Shown here: in pieces, positions 1 to 11,244 of the stretch
Layout of the letters: every line of letters starts with the position of its first letter
How positions within the stretch are numbered: the stretch's first letter is position 1
Assembly (NCBI RefSeq): GCF_018350175.1
Contig: NC_058368.1
Location: forward strand, 170,378,001 to 170,442,000
Direction of reading: 5' to 3'
Origin: Felis catus
Lineage: Eukaryota
DNA length: 64,000 nt
Notes under the pieces: model-generated
Seen by the model: the letters and a program-made list of their open reading frames with translations, nothing else
The model's database searches: none
What the model was told of the DNA's origin: nothing
Translations under genes and position numbers: made by a program

Positions 1-249
1 AGAGTCTGATGGTGTGCCCTCGAAACCTATATATAAGTGAAAGCCACATACTGCTCTGCCAAGCATAGCTCATCTCTTAACATCTTTCCTTGGTGCTGTC
101 AGTTTACCCTGGTGGCAGTGCAAGTCCTTTAAAAATGGAACAGCTTTTGCTTCTACTTTTACATGAGTTATCAATAATTTGTTTCCCAATTCTTATTCTT
201 TCTGCTCCACCCTCTTTCCTTTTTAAGGTAGCAGAATTTTATTTTACTC

Positions 250-382
250 TTTTATTTTGAAATAATTATATATCCACAAGTAGCTGCAGTGTAACCTTTA
301 ACTCGTTTTCCCACTGCTTCCATCTTTCATAATTATAGTATCAAAAGGAGGACTTTGGCATTAATACAATGTATGTGTATAG
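250..382 (-). mobile_element. Old L1M (L1MB/MC-like) 3' end fragment
   Basis: ttttattttgaaataattata...catctttcataattatagta...aatacaat resembles the antisense 3' end of ancient mammalian L1. Confidence 0.5.
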
Positions 383-424
383 AGGTAGCACATTTTTAGA
401 TTTTTACTTTCCTTATTGCTTTTT

Positions 425-642
425 CTTTTTTTTTTTTATTTATTTTTGAGAGAGAGAGAGAGAGAGAGAGACAGTGTGAGCAGGGTAGGGGCAGAGGGGG
501 AAGGAGACACAGAATCCAAAGAAGGCTCCAGGCTCTGAGCTGTCAGCACAGAGCCCCACGTGGGGCTCCAACTCATGAACCACGAGATCATGACCTGAGC
601 CGAAATCAAGTTGCTTAACCGACTAAGCCACTCAAGCGCCCC
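425..642 (-). mobile_element. CAN-SINE (feline SINEC-type)
   Basis: poly-T, (GA)n, gagatcatgacctgagccgaa...gcgcccc; TSD ttattgctttt on both sides. Confidence 0.95.
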
Positions 643-1374
643 TTTTTATTGCTTTTTTTTTTTTAAATTCTTCTTGTGAGACTCACAGTTTCTTGCTGTG
701 ATTAACCTCCAAGTTGGGCTGACAGTGTGCAGAAGTCAAAATGATGCCAAGTGTGTCCTGTGTCAATTTTTCTTCGGGCACAAGTTTTCCAAGATAAATA
801 TGTCTCAAATGTCAGGAATCCTTTCTATATAAACTTTGGCAAGACAGTTAAAACACACACAGTGCATGTAGGAAATGTGGTTTGCTTAGGAAAATCTCAA
901 AATAAGATATTTGGTTACTGTATTGCATTTTAATTGTTGTTAGAGCCAATAACTATAGTTTACACTAACTTTATTTTACTGTACTGTGGTTACTTTAGGC
1001 TACTTTATTGTGGAATGCTTTGCAGTTAATAAAGTGTCTGTATATCTACATTTTCATTTCCCTTTTAAATTACATTATATTGAAAAGTATATTTTTTTCC
1101 CATTTGACAAATATAAACCTGTGGCTTACAGACAGTGGGGAAAAAATGGATGGAATGGATGGAATTCAGTGCTATGAGAAAATTGTCCTACTTAAAATAA
1201 GAGCATTTACCAATTCTATTTTCATCTGAATATCAGCAATCTGGTTAAAAACTAAGGTGGAGTTTAAGTAAACTACCTTATCCCTGCTACAAGAGCAGGC
1301 TATAGTAGCAACTTTTGATCTATAGGTAAAATTTCACTCTAACTAGAGACCAAGGAGTAATTAAGAAAGACCGT

Positions 1375-1766
1375 TGTTATGGACTGAATGTTTGTGTGTC
1401 TCACAAATTCATATATTAAGCCCCAGCCCTCAGTGTGGTGGTATCTGGAGGTGGGGACTTTAGGAGGGGATTAAGGTTAGATGATGTCATGCTGGTAGGG
1501 CTGTCATGATGAGATAAGTGCCCTCATAAGAAGAGACACTGAGGGAGCTTCCCCCATCTACCACCACCAGGTGGTGACATAGCAAGAAGGTGGCCATCTA
1601 CAAACCAAGAAGAGACCCCCTAACAGAGAGTTGTTACTAAAACTTGGTCATGCTGGCACCTTGATCTCAGACTTCCAGCCTCCAGAACTGTGAGGATGTA
1701 AAGTTCTGTTGTTTAAGCCCCCCAGTCGATGGTATTTTGTTTTGGCAGCCCAATCTGATTAAAACA
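1375..1766 (+). mobile_element. ERVL-MaLR solo LTR (MLT1A/MST-like)
   Basis: tgttatggactgaatgtttgtgt start, gctggcaccttgatctcagacttccagcctccagaactgtgag core, ...gattaaaaca end. Confidence 0.9.
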
Positions 1767-2929
1767 AACTTAGGCTTTGGAATAGTTGTCTCCAAATTTC
1801 GATACTCTAAAGCTCACTAAAAAACTCAGGAACTTAACTAAACATGGATTGAAAAATGACCAGCAAACTTGAAAGTGTGGTCACCTCCTGAGATAGAAAT
1901 TAAGCATGAGAGGGCAAATGCTCTCATTTTGTTCAATATATTTTGTATACTGTCCAAATATTTGAGTATTTTACAGTTAATGTACTTATGTAATTCTAAA
2001 CCAAAAAGTTGGCATTTTCAGTGCCTTAATTTGTGTGTGTGATAATGCATTTTGTTCTTCAAGTTGTGGCAGAAAAAACAGGTGAAAAAAGTTAGCAAAT
2101 TCAGTCTCTAACCTTCATATGATTTTGAGGCAGCTACTCAAGCCAAAAATGTTACCTTAACCTTCCTTACCCTCATGCCATCACTATTAAAAAATCTGAG
2201 CCACCTGCTCTTACCTGCACTATGGTAATATTTAGGGCTATCTGTAGAGGATTGCAGGGTCTGGGAAAAGTCACACTCTGTACTCCTCTCCAATATTTTT
2301 ATTAAGAATAAATATTTGTAAGTCATTTTCAAGAATAGCATCAAGGGGAAAACCAAGCTAAATAACACAGTATAAACACAGGTTTGTACAAATATGAGTG
2401 CTGAGTTGTACAGCCAAGCAGGCAGCCCCAGATCTGAATTGAAATGTCATAGATCATTTTCAGAATCACTGACATCTCATTCCAGGGATAGCTGCAAAGT
2501 TGTTGCAGCTGATTCTCTACAGCAAAGAGGCTAAGAACACAGTCAGCTTTGACTTAAAAAAAATTGTTCTTTTTCTAAAACATGTTCATGTAGTATGTCC
2601 CAGGCATAATATAGTAGACATAAACATTATAGTATAATGTCCCAGGCACTAGACTAGTGTTGGGTGAAGAGCATGGGACAAGAAGAGGGGGTACACAGTC
2701 TAATGATTCTCAATATACATTTCTCCAAAGGACTCTCTTAAGTCACAAGAGGCTGGAAAATTTAGTTGTCTGATAAGCATGCATGAGTGGAAAAAGAAGT
2801 AAGAGTGTGAAAAGGGAAAACACATATCAAGGTTCAGAGGCAGGCTAAGGGTCAAAAGCAGAACTATAAGTCTGAACCAAAGTAAATCCAAGGCATCCAT
2901 TCTATCCACCCATCTATTTCAGATACCAC

Positions 2930-3300
2930 TAACCAAAAGTCTGCTAAGCATAGGCATCTCACTATCTGCTGTGGGGAATGCAGATATGAAAACCATAGGT
3001 CCTGCCTTCAAAGGGCTTACTTACAGACTAATGAGGAAGATAGTATAATCAAACAATCCTGACATAGATCAGCATGCATTAAATGTCATAACAAAATTTA
3101 AGTCAAGGGCCAAGAATCCCATGGGAGTGAGATAGAACTTCTGGCTAGGCAATCCAAGAAGTCATAATGGAAGAAGGTTTATTTGAATAAAGAGAATGAT
3201 TTTAACAGGAATGAAACTGTGGAACACCAGAGGAAGGGTTTTGGGGCTGTGCCACTGGCAGAATCACGGACATAAAATCAGTCAAGAGGAAGATGGGGGC
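2930..3300 (-). mobile_element. L2 fragment
   Basis: ggggaatgcagatatgaaaa...cctgccttcaaagggcttac resembles the antisense L2 3' region. Confidence 0.5.
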
Positions 3301-3447
3301 ATTCATTGCCTTAGGACTTGTGAGAGTCCACCAACCCAGAAATGGGGTATTCAAATGATCTTCAACAGATCTTGAGGCAAGTGGGCTGTATAGGTTATTT
3401 GTCAACCTAAGTCCTCCTACGATATTGTCTTTATCTGATTTGTAACT

Positions 3448-3596
3448 TGGGAGGAACCTGGGTGGCTCAATCAGTTAGGCATCTGACTTGATTTCAGCTC
3501 AGGTCATGATCTCACAGTTGTGAGATCAAGCCCCGAGTACAGCTCCACTGTGGAGCCTGCTTAAGATTCTCTCTCTCCCTTTCCCTCTGACCCTCC

Positions 3597-3630
<34 letters not shown>

Positions 3631-3642
3631 AAAAAAAAAAAA
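3448..3642 (+). mobile_element. CAN-SINE
   Basis: cctgggtggctcaatcagttag...tcaggtcatgatctc, (CT)n, poly-A. Confidence 0.95.
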
Positions 3643-4925
3643 GAGTTATGGTTTGTAAATTGGATTTCTACATAAATTTTATTTGGGGAAAACAAGGCAC
3701 TCCTCACTAAAAATATTTTAAAGTCTGAAAAATCACTGAACTAGTGCATTGGTTATGTATGGAATGAGAGAAATATGCTCAGAAGAACTTTCAGTCCAGA
3801 TCCTGGGAGGCATTAAATGCCCCAGAGAATGTCATTTATATGGTAATATAAAACTCTGCAGTAGGTTAAGCCTACAAGACTTAGTTAGGAGTTACATTAG
3901 CAAACATCTGTTGTGACTTGAGCAGGCTCTTAGGGGTCTCACTCCTACACAGCTTATGAACTCACTTTCCCTCATAAGCAATGTTCTCTCTGAAGACTTT
4001 AGATAGATCTGTTTTCTCTCCATCCTTTCTCACCTTTCCAGTTATGTTTGGTTCCAGTGATGGTCAAACACCCTTGTAAACCAACTCTTCAAGTTTACTT
4101 GGCTGAGGCACCCATATAGACTCTTCCTAGCGGCTTGCGCATCCCTACCCTGGCACTCCACCTCCACTCTTATATCTCACAGAACTTCTGTCTTTCCAGC
4201 CTCAGGTCCACTTTTCAGTTCAAGGGAGTGATCAAGCCCCCATTGCTGTCCTGTCCTGTGGACTGTAGGATCTCTCCACCACCCTTCTTTCAAGCCACAG
4301 CTGACACAAGAAAAGAGAGGTCAAGTTCTTTCCTCCTCTATGTCCTTAGGACCCTAGGTCTTCTCTTTCTTGGCAGTCTTGCAGCAAACTGGACCCACAT
4401 CGTTTTCTGCCTAGGTGACCATCCAAAACAGAAGCTCCTCTGGTCATCTAACTCTTTCTTCTTTGTCCCTTCCTAATGTTTAAATGTTATGACAGGATGT
4501 TACAATGGCACTCTTCCTGCCTGTTTCCAACCAAGGTACTGACACATTATATATTATAATTGAAAGTCAGTATGAGACAGATTCCCACATGCAAATTTTG
4601 CAAAGGAAATGTATTGGAATCATTACACAACGTCTGTAACTCTCAACCAGATCAAGGATATCAGGAGGCACTAGAGTGTGGGGAGAGAAGACTGGTGAGG
4701 AGATTTTTCTTAGAGCCAGCTATGATCCTGCTGGGAATCCTCACTCCTACCTTAAGTTGTGTGCTGAGGGCTTCTGTGGGATCATGTAGAAAGTTTTGAA
4801 ATATGTCTTGTGTAGCTCGGAGATGTAGTATACAGATACCTGACTCTTGGAAAAGAAAACTAAAAAGTGCTGTCACAGAAAAGCAGAACTGGCAGCCTGG
4901 ATTTTGGCCTATACTCACAGAATTT

Positions 4926-5442
4926 GTCAGGAGCTAAGGTGGCCAAAGACTACCACAATTTTTTTTAAACAAACTTCTCAATGAGAGGTAGGTACCATAT
5001 TCCTTCCCCTCAAACTTAGATAAGCTCTGTGACTGCTTTGACAATAAAATACAGTGGACATGACTTTCAATGCCAATTTCTGGTCCACTTCCTCTCTTTA
5101 AAAAATTCTTTCTGGGAACCCTGAACTACCGTGTAATAAGTTTGGCCCTGAGACTACCATGCTAGAGAAGCCATGGGTATCCACTCTGGACAACCACCAA
5201 CTTCCCAGCCAATACCAACCAAACCATCAAACATTTAAGTCTTGGGCATTGCACACCAGTCTGTCTTCTAGCTAAATATCACTGACTGACTTCCACCAAT
5301 GCCACATGGAGCAGAAGAAGTGCCCAGTTGAACCCTTCCTGAATTCCTGGTGTAAAAATTGCTGAAATATAATAAAATAGTTGCAGTTTCAAGCCACTAA
5401 ATTGTGGCATAATTTGTTACACAGCAGTAGATAACTAGAACA
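4926..5442 (+). mobile_element. ERVL-MaLR LTR (MLT1F/G-like)
   Basis: tgtgactgctttgacaataaaatacagtgg core; aagccactaaattgtggcataatttgttacacagcagtagataactagaaca terminus. Confidence 0.85.
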
Positions 5443-6570
5443 GAGGCAAAGAAACGTTTCCCATGCTACTATAGGGGCCTCCCAGATAAGAGTTGCAGCA
5501 CAGTGGTAGCACTTGGGTAAGGGTTATGCCTAGAGCTGAGTCCTGTCTAAAATGCCTTCCTATAGAGATGCTCGTGGACCCAAGCATCAGGAAGCTGGAG
5601 GTGAACACCAAAATGCTCAGGGCTATGGGGGGAGTTGAAAGTGGCCACCCAGAATGAAATTTGTCTGCTCTGGTCAAGGGAATTGCAGTTCAATGAGCTT
5701 TCATGGAAAAACCCATGAAAGTATCCCAGGGGAGAAGCCTTACATGACCTCTAGACCAGAGAATGCAGCTTGCAGTAAACTGAAAAAAAAAAAAAAAAAA
5801 GTCTTTTTTCTATTGATCTCTTTCCTCCCAGAGGTGGCCATTTTTTTTCCCCTTGTCTCTATCTTCTGTGTTATTTGTCATAAAAAGGAAAACCATAAAG
5901 TAGAACATAGAAATATGTTCTATAAGCCTGTTGTTCAAGTCAGACTCACAAACTGGTAAGTTCACAGTTCTTACCAAAGTATCATTTATTTAGACAAATT
6001 TTGCTGTGGGTCTCCTGTGTAAAAACTGGATGAGGTTTTCCTTTCATCTTGTTCTATGTTCTTAGAGCTTGGCTTTGTAGTCAATGAGAATATTCTGTCT
6101 GGTCTCTGCCAGCCAGAAGATGCATGTACCAGCTTATATTTGGCATCCAGTTGAACAGACTGGGATTCAAAGACATGAAGTCACAAGCAGCACTGACCAT
6201 GCAGCTCTCAGGAAAATTTGTCATAAGGAGACCCAGTCCATAATGAGCCTTTGATTTCTCAACCTTCATTATCTTGCTAGTACTGGAAAAGTCCCATTCC
6301 AGTAGCACCTGTTTAGTGACATGGATAGTAAACCTATGACTGGAGACATCCCATGGTCTCATGGGAAACAGACGCCATTTTCTCTACATCATTCTTACTA
6401 CTTGTGACAGTGAAGGTCTTTGCTTTCTTAGGCTAACTTCCTAGATCTTATGAGGGCCCTATCTTTTGCAACCTCTTTTGAGATACTTCTTGCATCCCTT
6501 GTTAAGTTATAAAAGAGCTTAATGGTTTGAATCACTATTGAGATTAACATAAGATACTATTCATCAATGA

Positions 6571-6785
6571 CCAGAAGAAGGATCCTTTGGAAAAATCTTC
6601 TCTACTTAGGGGGAAAAAATGGAGATATCTTCCTAAATAGTTATCTTATTGCTACCTATGGAAAGACCAAATTAAAAGGCCAGAAGAAGGATCCCTTGGA
6701 AAATCTTTTATACCTAGGGAAAAAATTGGAGATATCTTCCTAAATAATCATCTTGTTGCTACCTATGGAAAGACCAAATTAAAAG
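6571..6785 (+). repeat. Tandem duplication, 2 copies, period ~109 bp
   Basis: ccagaagaaggatcc...gctacctatggaaagaccaaattaaaag starts at 6571 and again at 6680. Confidence 0.95.
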
Positions 6786-7235
6786 TGGATACAAAGGAGT
6801 ATAATGGCTAGCCATTATGGACTCCCTTCACAAGATGAGAGGATAGAAATGAGATTTAGACAAAAATAAAGTCCACATTCAACATAGATTCCCCTTCTTA
6901 AAATCTGTCCCCGTCTCATCAACAAATTCCTTTAACTCCCCAAACTCCTCCACCTTCCCCAGAAAATCACTTAAAGCACCCAGCTAACATTTTAGCTTCC
7001 CTCTTCCTACAGGATTTACAGACAGCACTTGAGCCTGTTTTCTAAGGCCGGAGTATACAGCTTACTCATGTAAATGCTGGAAGCCAGAAAGTGAATATAG
7101 CAGAAGTACCCAGGATGGACAGTAAGGCTCACTTTGCTGGGCTCTATAATAAGGTTATCCCATCTTCAGGCCTTCCTGTACAATGTCCTTTGTGGATGTG
7201 TCCTGCCTCTCTTCCCCGCCAGCCCCTGCCTGCAA

Positions 7236-7663
7236 AGAATTCATGTCCCTTGGACAGCAACAGATCTTTCAAAGTATGAAGCTCTTTTGCCTCCACTTTC
7301 AGAAGATCCTATCAAACTTAGAAAGGGATTAGAATGATTAGTGGCCATTCATAACTCTACACAAAAGGACATTGATTGTCTGTTGAGGGATGTTCTTCCC
7401 ACCCAGACATCACCATAGAGGCAATGGTGAACTGATCTAAGGTTCACTGTGTCTGTGTTAAATGCTTTATACAGACCTTTCAGAGGCATACTACACTGAA
7501 CCCTGGAGCTCCAGAACATAGAAATCTTTTAATTTCTGCCTTGCTAGGAAATTTTCTCCCTGATATAAAAGTTCTAAGCAATACAATGGAAACAGCTATG
7601 CAATTCTTTGAGGACAGCTTACAGGAATTCAAGAAAAAGGAGTTAAAATCAACAATGTACTGA
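7236..7663 (+). pseudogene. gag: ERV gag remnant A (capsid, class I), internally deleted
   Basis: RIHVPWTATDLSKYEALLPPLSEDPIKLRKGLE*LVAIHNSTQKDIDCLL resembles the N-terminus of gamma-like p30 (PFS.SDL..W....P.FSEDP..L...I...H.PT..D...LL); downstream FQRHTTLNPGAPEHRNLLISALLGNFLPDIK. Confidence 0.75.
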
Positions 7664-7839
7664 CTGCCCATTTCCACTGGCTAGTGGGGGGAAAAAATGA
7701 AAAGGACTATCATTTTAACCAAAAGGGAAAAACAGCATGCCCTTTTGAGTTGTTTTACTCAAGCCTTTGACTGAAATTTCCCCTTCTTTGATTACAAAGC
7801 TAGGGAAGTGGTGGTGATGTCCTCACTGCCAGCTTCTAG

Positions 7840-8260
7840 ATATTCCACATTTATGCTGTTTCTGTAAGGCAAAGTCAAAGGAATGGATGCCTTATGCCAC
7901 ATGAGGGTTGGATGACCTTGCTATATAATGGGTTTTTACCAGGATACATTAGAGCTATTTTGTTACGCTTAGCCCAATGCATACCAGTTTCTACCAATCT
8001 AAAGACCTTAAAATGGACACCCACATGGCTGGAACATATCTAAATGGGCACTGATGAAAAAGGCAGGGGAATAGACCTAATACTTTTTAGCCCCCCTCAA
8101 TGGTCAATTTTATCTTTGCAAAGAATGCATTTTATCAGTCTTTTAAAATACATTTGTAAAGAGGAGCAACTTTATTGTTATAGTTATGCTAATTATCATT
8201 GCGCCAAAATAAAATCAGTGCATCATTCTACAACCAGGGGAGTCTTGCTTGGTCACAGTG
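7840..8260 (+). pseudogene. Decayed coding fragment, tentatively a non-canonical ERV env ectodomain
   Basis: Nearly open ~140-codon frame (…TLLYNGFLPGYIRAILL…WTPTWLEHI*MGTDEKGRGIDLILFSP…CKEEQLYCYSYANY); assignment is by recalled similarity only. Confidence 0.35.
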
Positions 8261-9356
8261 GATACCGGCAGAGTCCCATAGGTAGGAAATGGAGAGGTAG
8301 GAGAAATCGGGAAAGAAAAGGTCAGCTCTCAGAGGTAGGGCCAAGCCTGGGTAAGAGCAATTACTCCCAGCACCTTGAGATACTGACAGGGCTTTTGGCT
8401 GCCAGTCACATAGACAGCAAAAAAACAGGGCCAGGAGATGAGGCTTCTCCTGGCCAGCTATAAGGAAATTGAGATAAGGGACACCTTTTCCTCTTTTTCC
8501 TATAGATGCGTAATTCCCCAACCAAAGCCAGTACTCCTTAGGGATGCATTCTGGAAAAACTGGGAGGATTTTGACCCACAAACCCTAAAGAAAAAACAAC
8601 TCATTTTCTTTTGCACTGAGGCTTGGCCTCAGTACAAACTGGGGGAGGAAACGTGGCTGCCAGAAGGAAGTATCAGTTACAATATTATCTTACAATTGGA
8701 CTTACTTTGCAAACATGAAGGGAAATGGGGGAAGTCCCCTATGTTCAATGTTTTTGGGATTTAAGAAAAAATCAGTATATGTGTATGCAACGCAAGGTCA
8801 ACCCTGGCAGCCCTTTCCAAGGTCCAGCAATCAGAAGGAAAAAACAATTAAAGTTCCTTTGCCTATACCCAAAGCGGATCTAGAGAAGGAGGAAGGGAAG
8901 CCTTCTACTTCAACCTCTTCCTCCTTGAGTCCTGAATCTATATATACAGATTTAAAAACACTCACTTCTGCTCTCTACTGCTCACCTAATCCAGGCCCTC
9001 CTAGAAATATGGCAGGCATGTTTCCCCTACAGGAAGCTAGAGAGCGGGGAGGGGAAACACTGTGACCAAGCAAGACTCCCCTGGTTGTAGAATGATGCAC
9101 TGATTTTATTTTGGCCCAACGGTAATTAGCATAACTGTAACAATAAAACTGCTCTTCTTTACAAATATTTTAAAAGACTGGTAACATTGTTTGCAAAGAT
9201 AAAATTGACCATTGAGGGGGGCTAAAAGGTATTAGGTCTATTCCCCTGCCTTTTTCATCAGTGCCCATTTAGATATGTTCCAGCCATGTGGGTGTCCATT
9301 TTAAGGTCTTTACATTGGTACAAACTGGTATTGGGCTAAGCGTAAAAAAATAGCTC
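7952..9356. repeat. Inverted repeat: arms 7952-8260 and 9058-9356 (~300 bp), ~800 bp spacer
   Basis: The reverse complement of 9058-9356 aligns end to end with 7952-8260, with about 13 substitutions and 3 small indels counted by eye. Confidence 0.97.
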
Positions 9357-10272
9357 ACTGTGGTGAGAATACAAATGCTTTTTTCATTGTAAGACAGATA
9401 AAAGGAGATCTAGGTAAATTTTCTGATGATCCAGATAAATACATAAAGGCTTTTCAGAATATTACATGTTTTTTAACTGACTTGGAAAGATATAATGCTT
9501 TTTTTAAACTCTTAATGAAACAGAAAAACATGGAGTTCTGGCAGCAGCTGAGAGATATGGAGACGAACAATTTCTTAATTATCATGGGACTGGAGGTCCT
9601 ATAGGGGACTTCCATTTCCCTACTGGGGCTCAGGCAGTCCTGCCCCAAGATCCTATTTGGGACCATGACCCTCCTATTGGGGGATGGTATCTCCATGGTT
9701 TTAATATTTTAGAAGGATTAAAAAAGACTAAGGTTAAGCCCTTATATTATGCTAAATTAGCCACTATTTTATACACACAGAATAAGGGCCTGGTGGCCTT
9801 CCTGGAGAGGTTGAAGGAGGCTCTCATTAAATATACAGCTATCTCATAACCTGACACCCCTGAGGCTGAGATGACTCTAAAGGACAAATGTGTCACTCAA
9901 TTGGCCCCAGATATTTGGAGGAAGTTGTTGGCTGGGAAGGGACCCTGGAGGAGCTCTTAAGAACTGCCAATCTAGTATATTACAACTGAAATCAAGAGGA
10001 GAAAAAACAAAACAAAACAGGAAAGGAAACTTAAGAAAAAATCTGAGGTCTTAGTCGCGATCTTACGTACTGTATCAAGCCAAACTTCCCGAGGCTCTGG
10101 CACCAAATGCCACTTATGTGGTCAGTCAGGACACTGGAAAGGAGACTGCCCTCAGAAGGGACAACAGAAGTTAAAACCCATGCTTAAGTGGAGACAATCA
10201 CTGAAGTCTGAATGCCCTCGGGGACCTCTGTTTGTGAGGGCTCAGATAATCAGTATCCCTGAAAGGGACTGA
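8506..10272 (+). pseudogene. gag: ERV gag remnant B (HERV-W/HERV9-like), disrupted; interrupted at 9058-9356
   Basis: MA: GCIL.KNWEDFDPQTLKKKQLIFFCTEAWPQYKLGEETWLPEGSISYNIILQLDLLCKHEGKW; CA: IKGDLGKFSDDPDKYI; MHR: AFLERLKEALIKYT; CCHC knuckle CHLCGQSGHWKGDCP at 10108-10152 plus a degenerate second knuckle; GAC TGA stop at 10267-10272. Confidence 0.93.
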
Positions 10273-10630
10273 TGGGCCCCAGGGCTCTTCACTGTGGTTC
10301 CCCCCCAACCAACTATCTGCTGGAAAACCAGAGCCTCAAGTAACTCTGGAAATAGAAGGAAAACCAGTTGATTTCCTTCTTGATACCTGAGCCACCTTTT
10401 GTGTCCTCCTTTCCACTTCTGGCCAACTATCCAAATGCAGCATAACTATTAGAGGCATCTCCAGAAAACTTATGACTAAATTTTTTTCTCAGCCCTTGGG
10501 ATGTATATGGGGAAACCTAATTTTTTCTCATTCTTTTTTGATAATGCCAGAGAGCCCCACTCCCTTGCTAGAAGGGACATTACAACTGAATTAGAGACTA
10601 TGGTGCTACTAGCTCCAGGACAAATAAACA
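10273..10630 (+). pseudogene. pro: ERV aspartic protease remnant
   Basis: EPQVTLEIEGKPVDFLLDT*ATFCVL…IRGIS…FSQPLGCIWGNLIFSHSFLIMPESPTPLL; the DTGA active-site Gly is mutated to a stop. Confidence 0.93.
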
Positions 10631-10649
10631 ATTGCCTAAACTTATAGTA

Positions 10650-10858
10650 ATCTGGATATCAAAGACCAATCTTTCCTTGAGGTAGAACTAAATACATCTC
10701 ATGGAGTTGTTCCTATGGAAACTGGATGTCTGAAATTAAAAAAAAAAAAAATGAGGATTAAGGACCGAAAACTAGTTCTGGTGCTTAATTATTCTAAACA
10801 ACAATACCACAAGATTCAGATACATATGGAAGAGGGAAGAAAGACTATGGTCAAATAA

Positions 10859-10896
<38 letters not shown>

Positions 10897-11147
10897 CCAG
10901 GCCTGTCAGGGATTTTTTTGAATGGTTGCAATGTGTCTTTCCTTCCTATGGTGTGACGTCTTCCCTAGGAGGCATTGTATTTGGAATATTAATGTTTGTC
11001 AATCTAATATTCTTTTTGTGTGTCATTTGTAGATGCTGTCGCATATGCCAGAAAAATAAAACTTCCAAGAAAGTTTTGCCAGGCCGGATGTTCCAAACAC
11101 CCTCCCATTATATCAGACCTCTGGATCAACCTCTAAACCTGTCCTGA
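10650..11147 (+). pseudogene. env: env C-terminal remnant 1 (helical segment, TM anchor, Cys-rich tail); broken by poly-A and (TA)n
   Basis: KLVLVLNYSKQQYHKIQIHMEEGRKTMVK…QACQGFFEWLQCVFP…GGIVFGILMFVNLIFFLCVICRCC…HYIRPLDQP, immediately upstream of a PPT. Confidence 0.75.
10863..10894. repeat. (TA)n microsatellite
   Basis: Read directly from the sequence. Confidence 0.95.
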
Positions 11148-11244
11148 CTGGCCTTCCCCTCACATTACCCCCTTTCAGCAGGAAGCAGTTAGGATCAGTC
11201 GTCTTCATCCTGGGTTCCTATCAGCAGTTAGGAGTCATATGTTC

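Noticed and set aside
6571..6785. CRISPR-like array or other prokaryotic system
   Set aside because: Only two long diverged copies without spacers; the whole window is mammalian repeat DNA
7952..9356. Inverted repeat as TIRs of a DNA transposon carrying gag
   Set aside because: No TSD outside the arms; gag continues beyond the right arm and the coding-like fragment continues upstream of the left arm
8254..9362. CACAGTG/CACTGTG heptamers at the inverted-repeat ends as V(D)J RSS or Transib/RAG transposon termini
   Set aside because: No ACAAAAACC-like nonamer at 12 or 23 bp from any of the three heptamers, and no transposase; microhomology explains them
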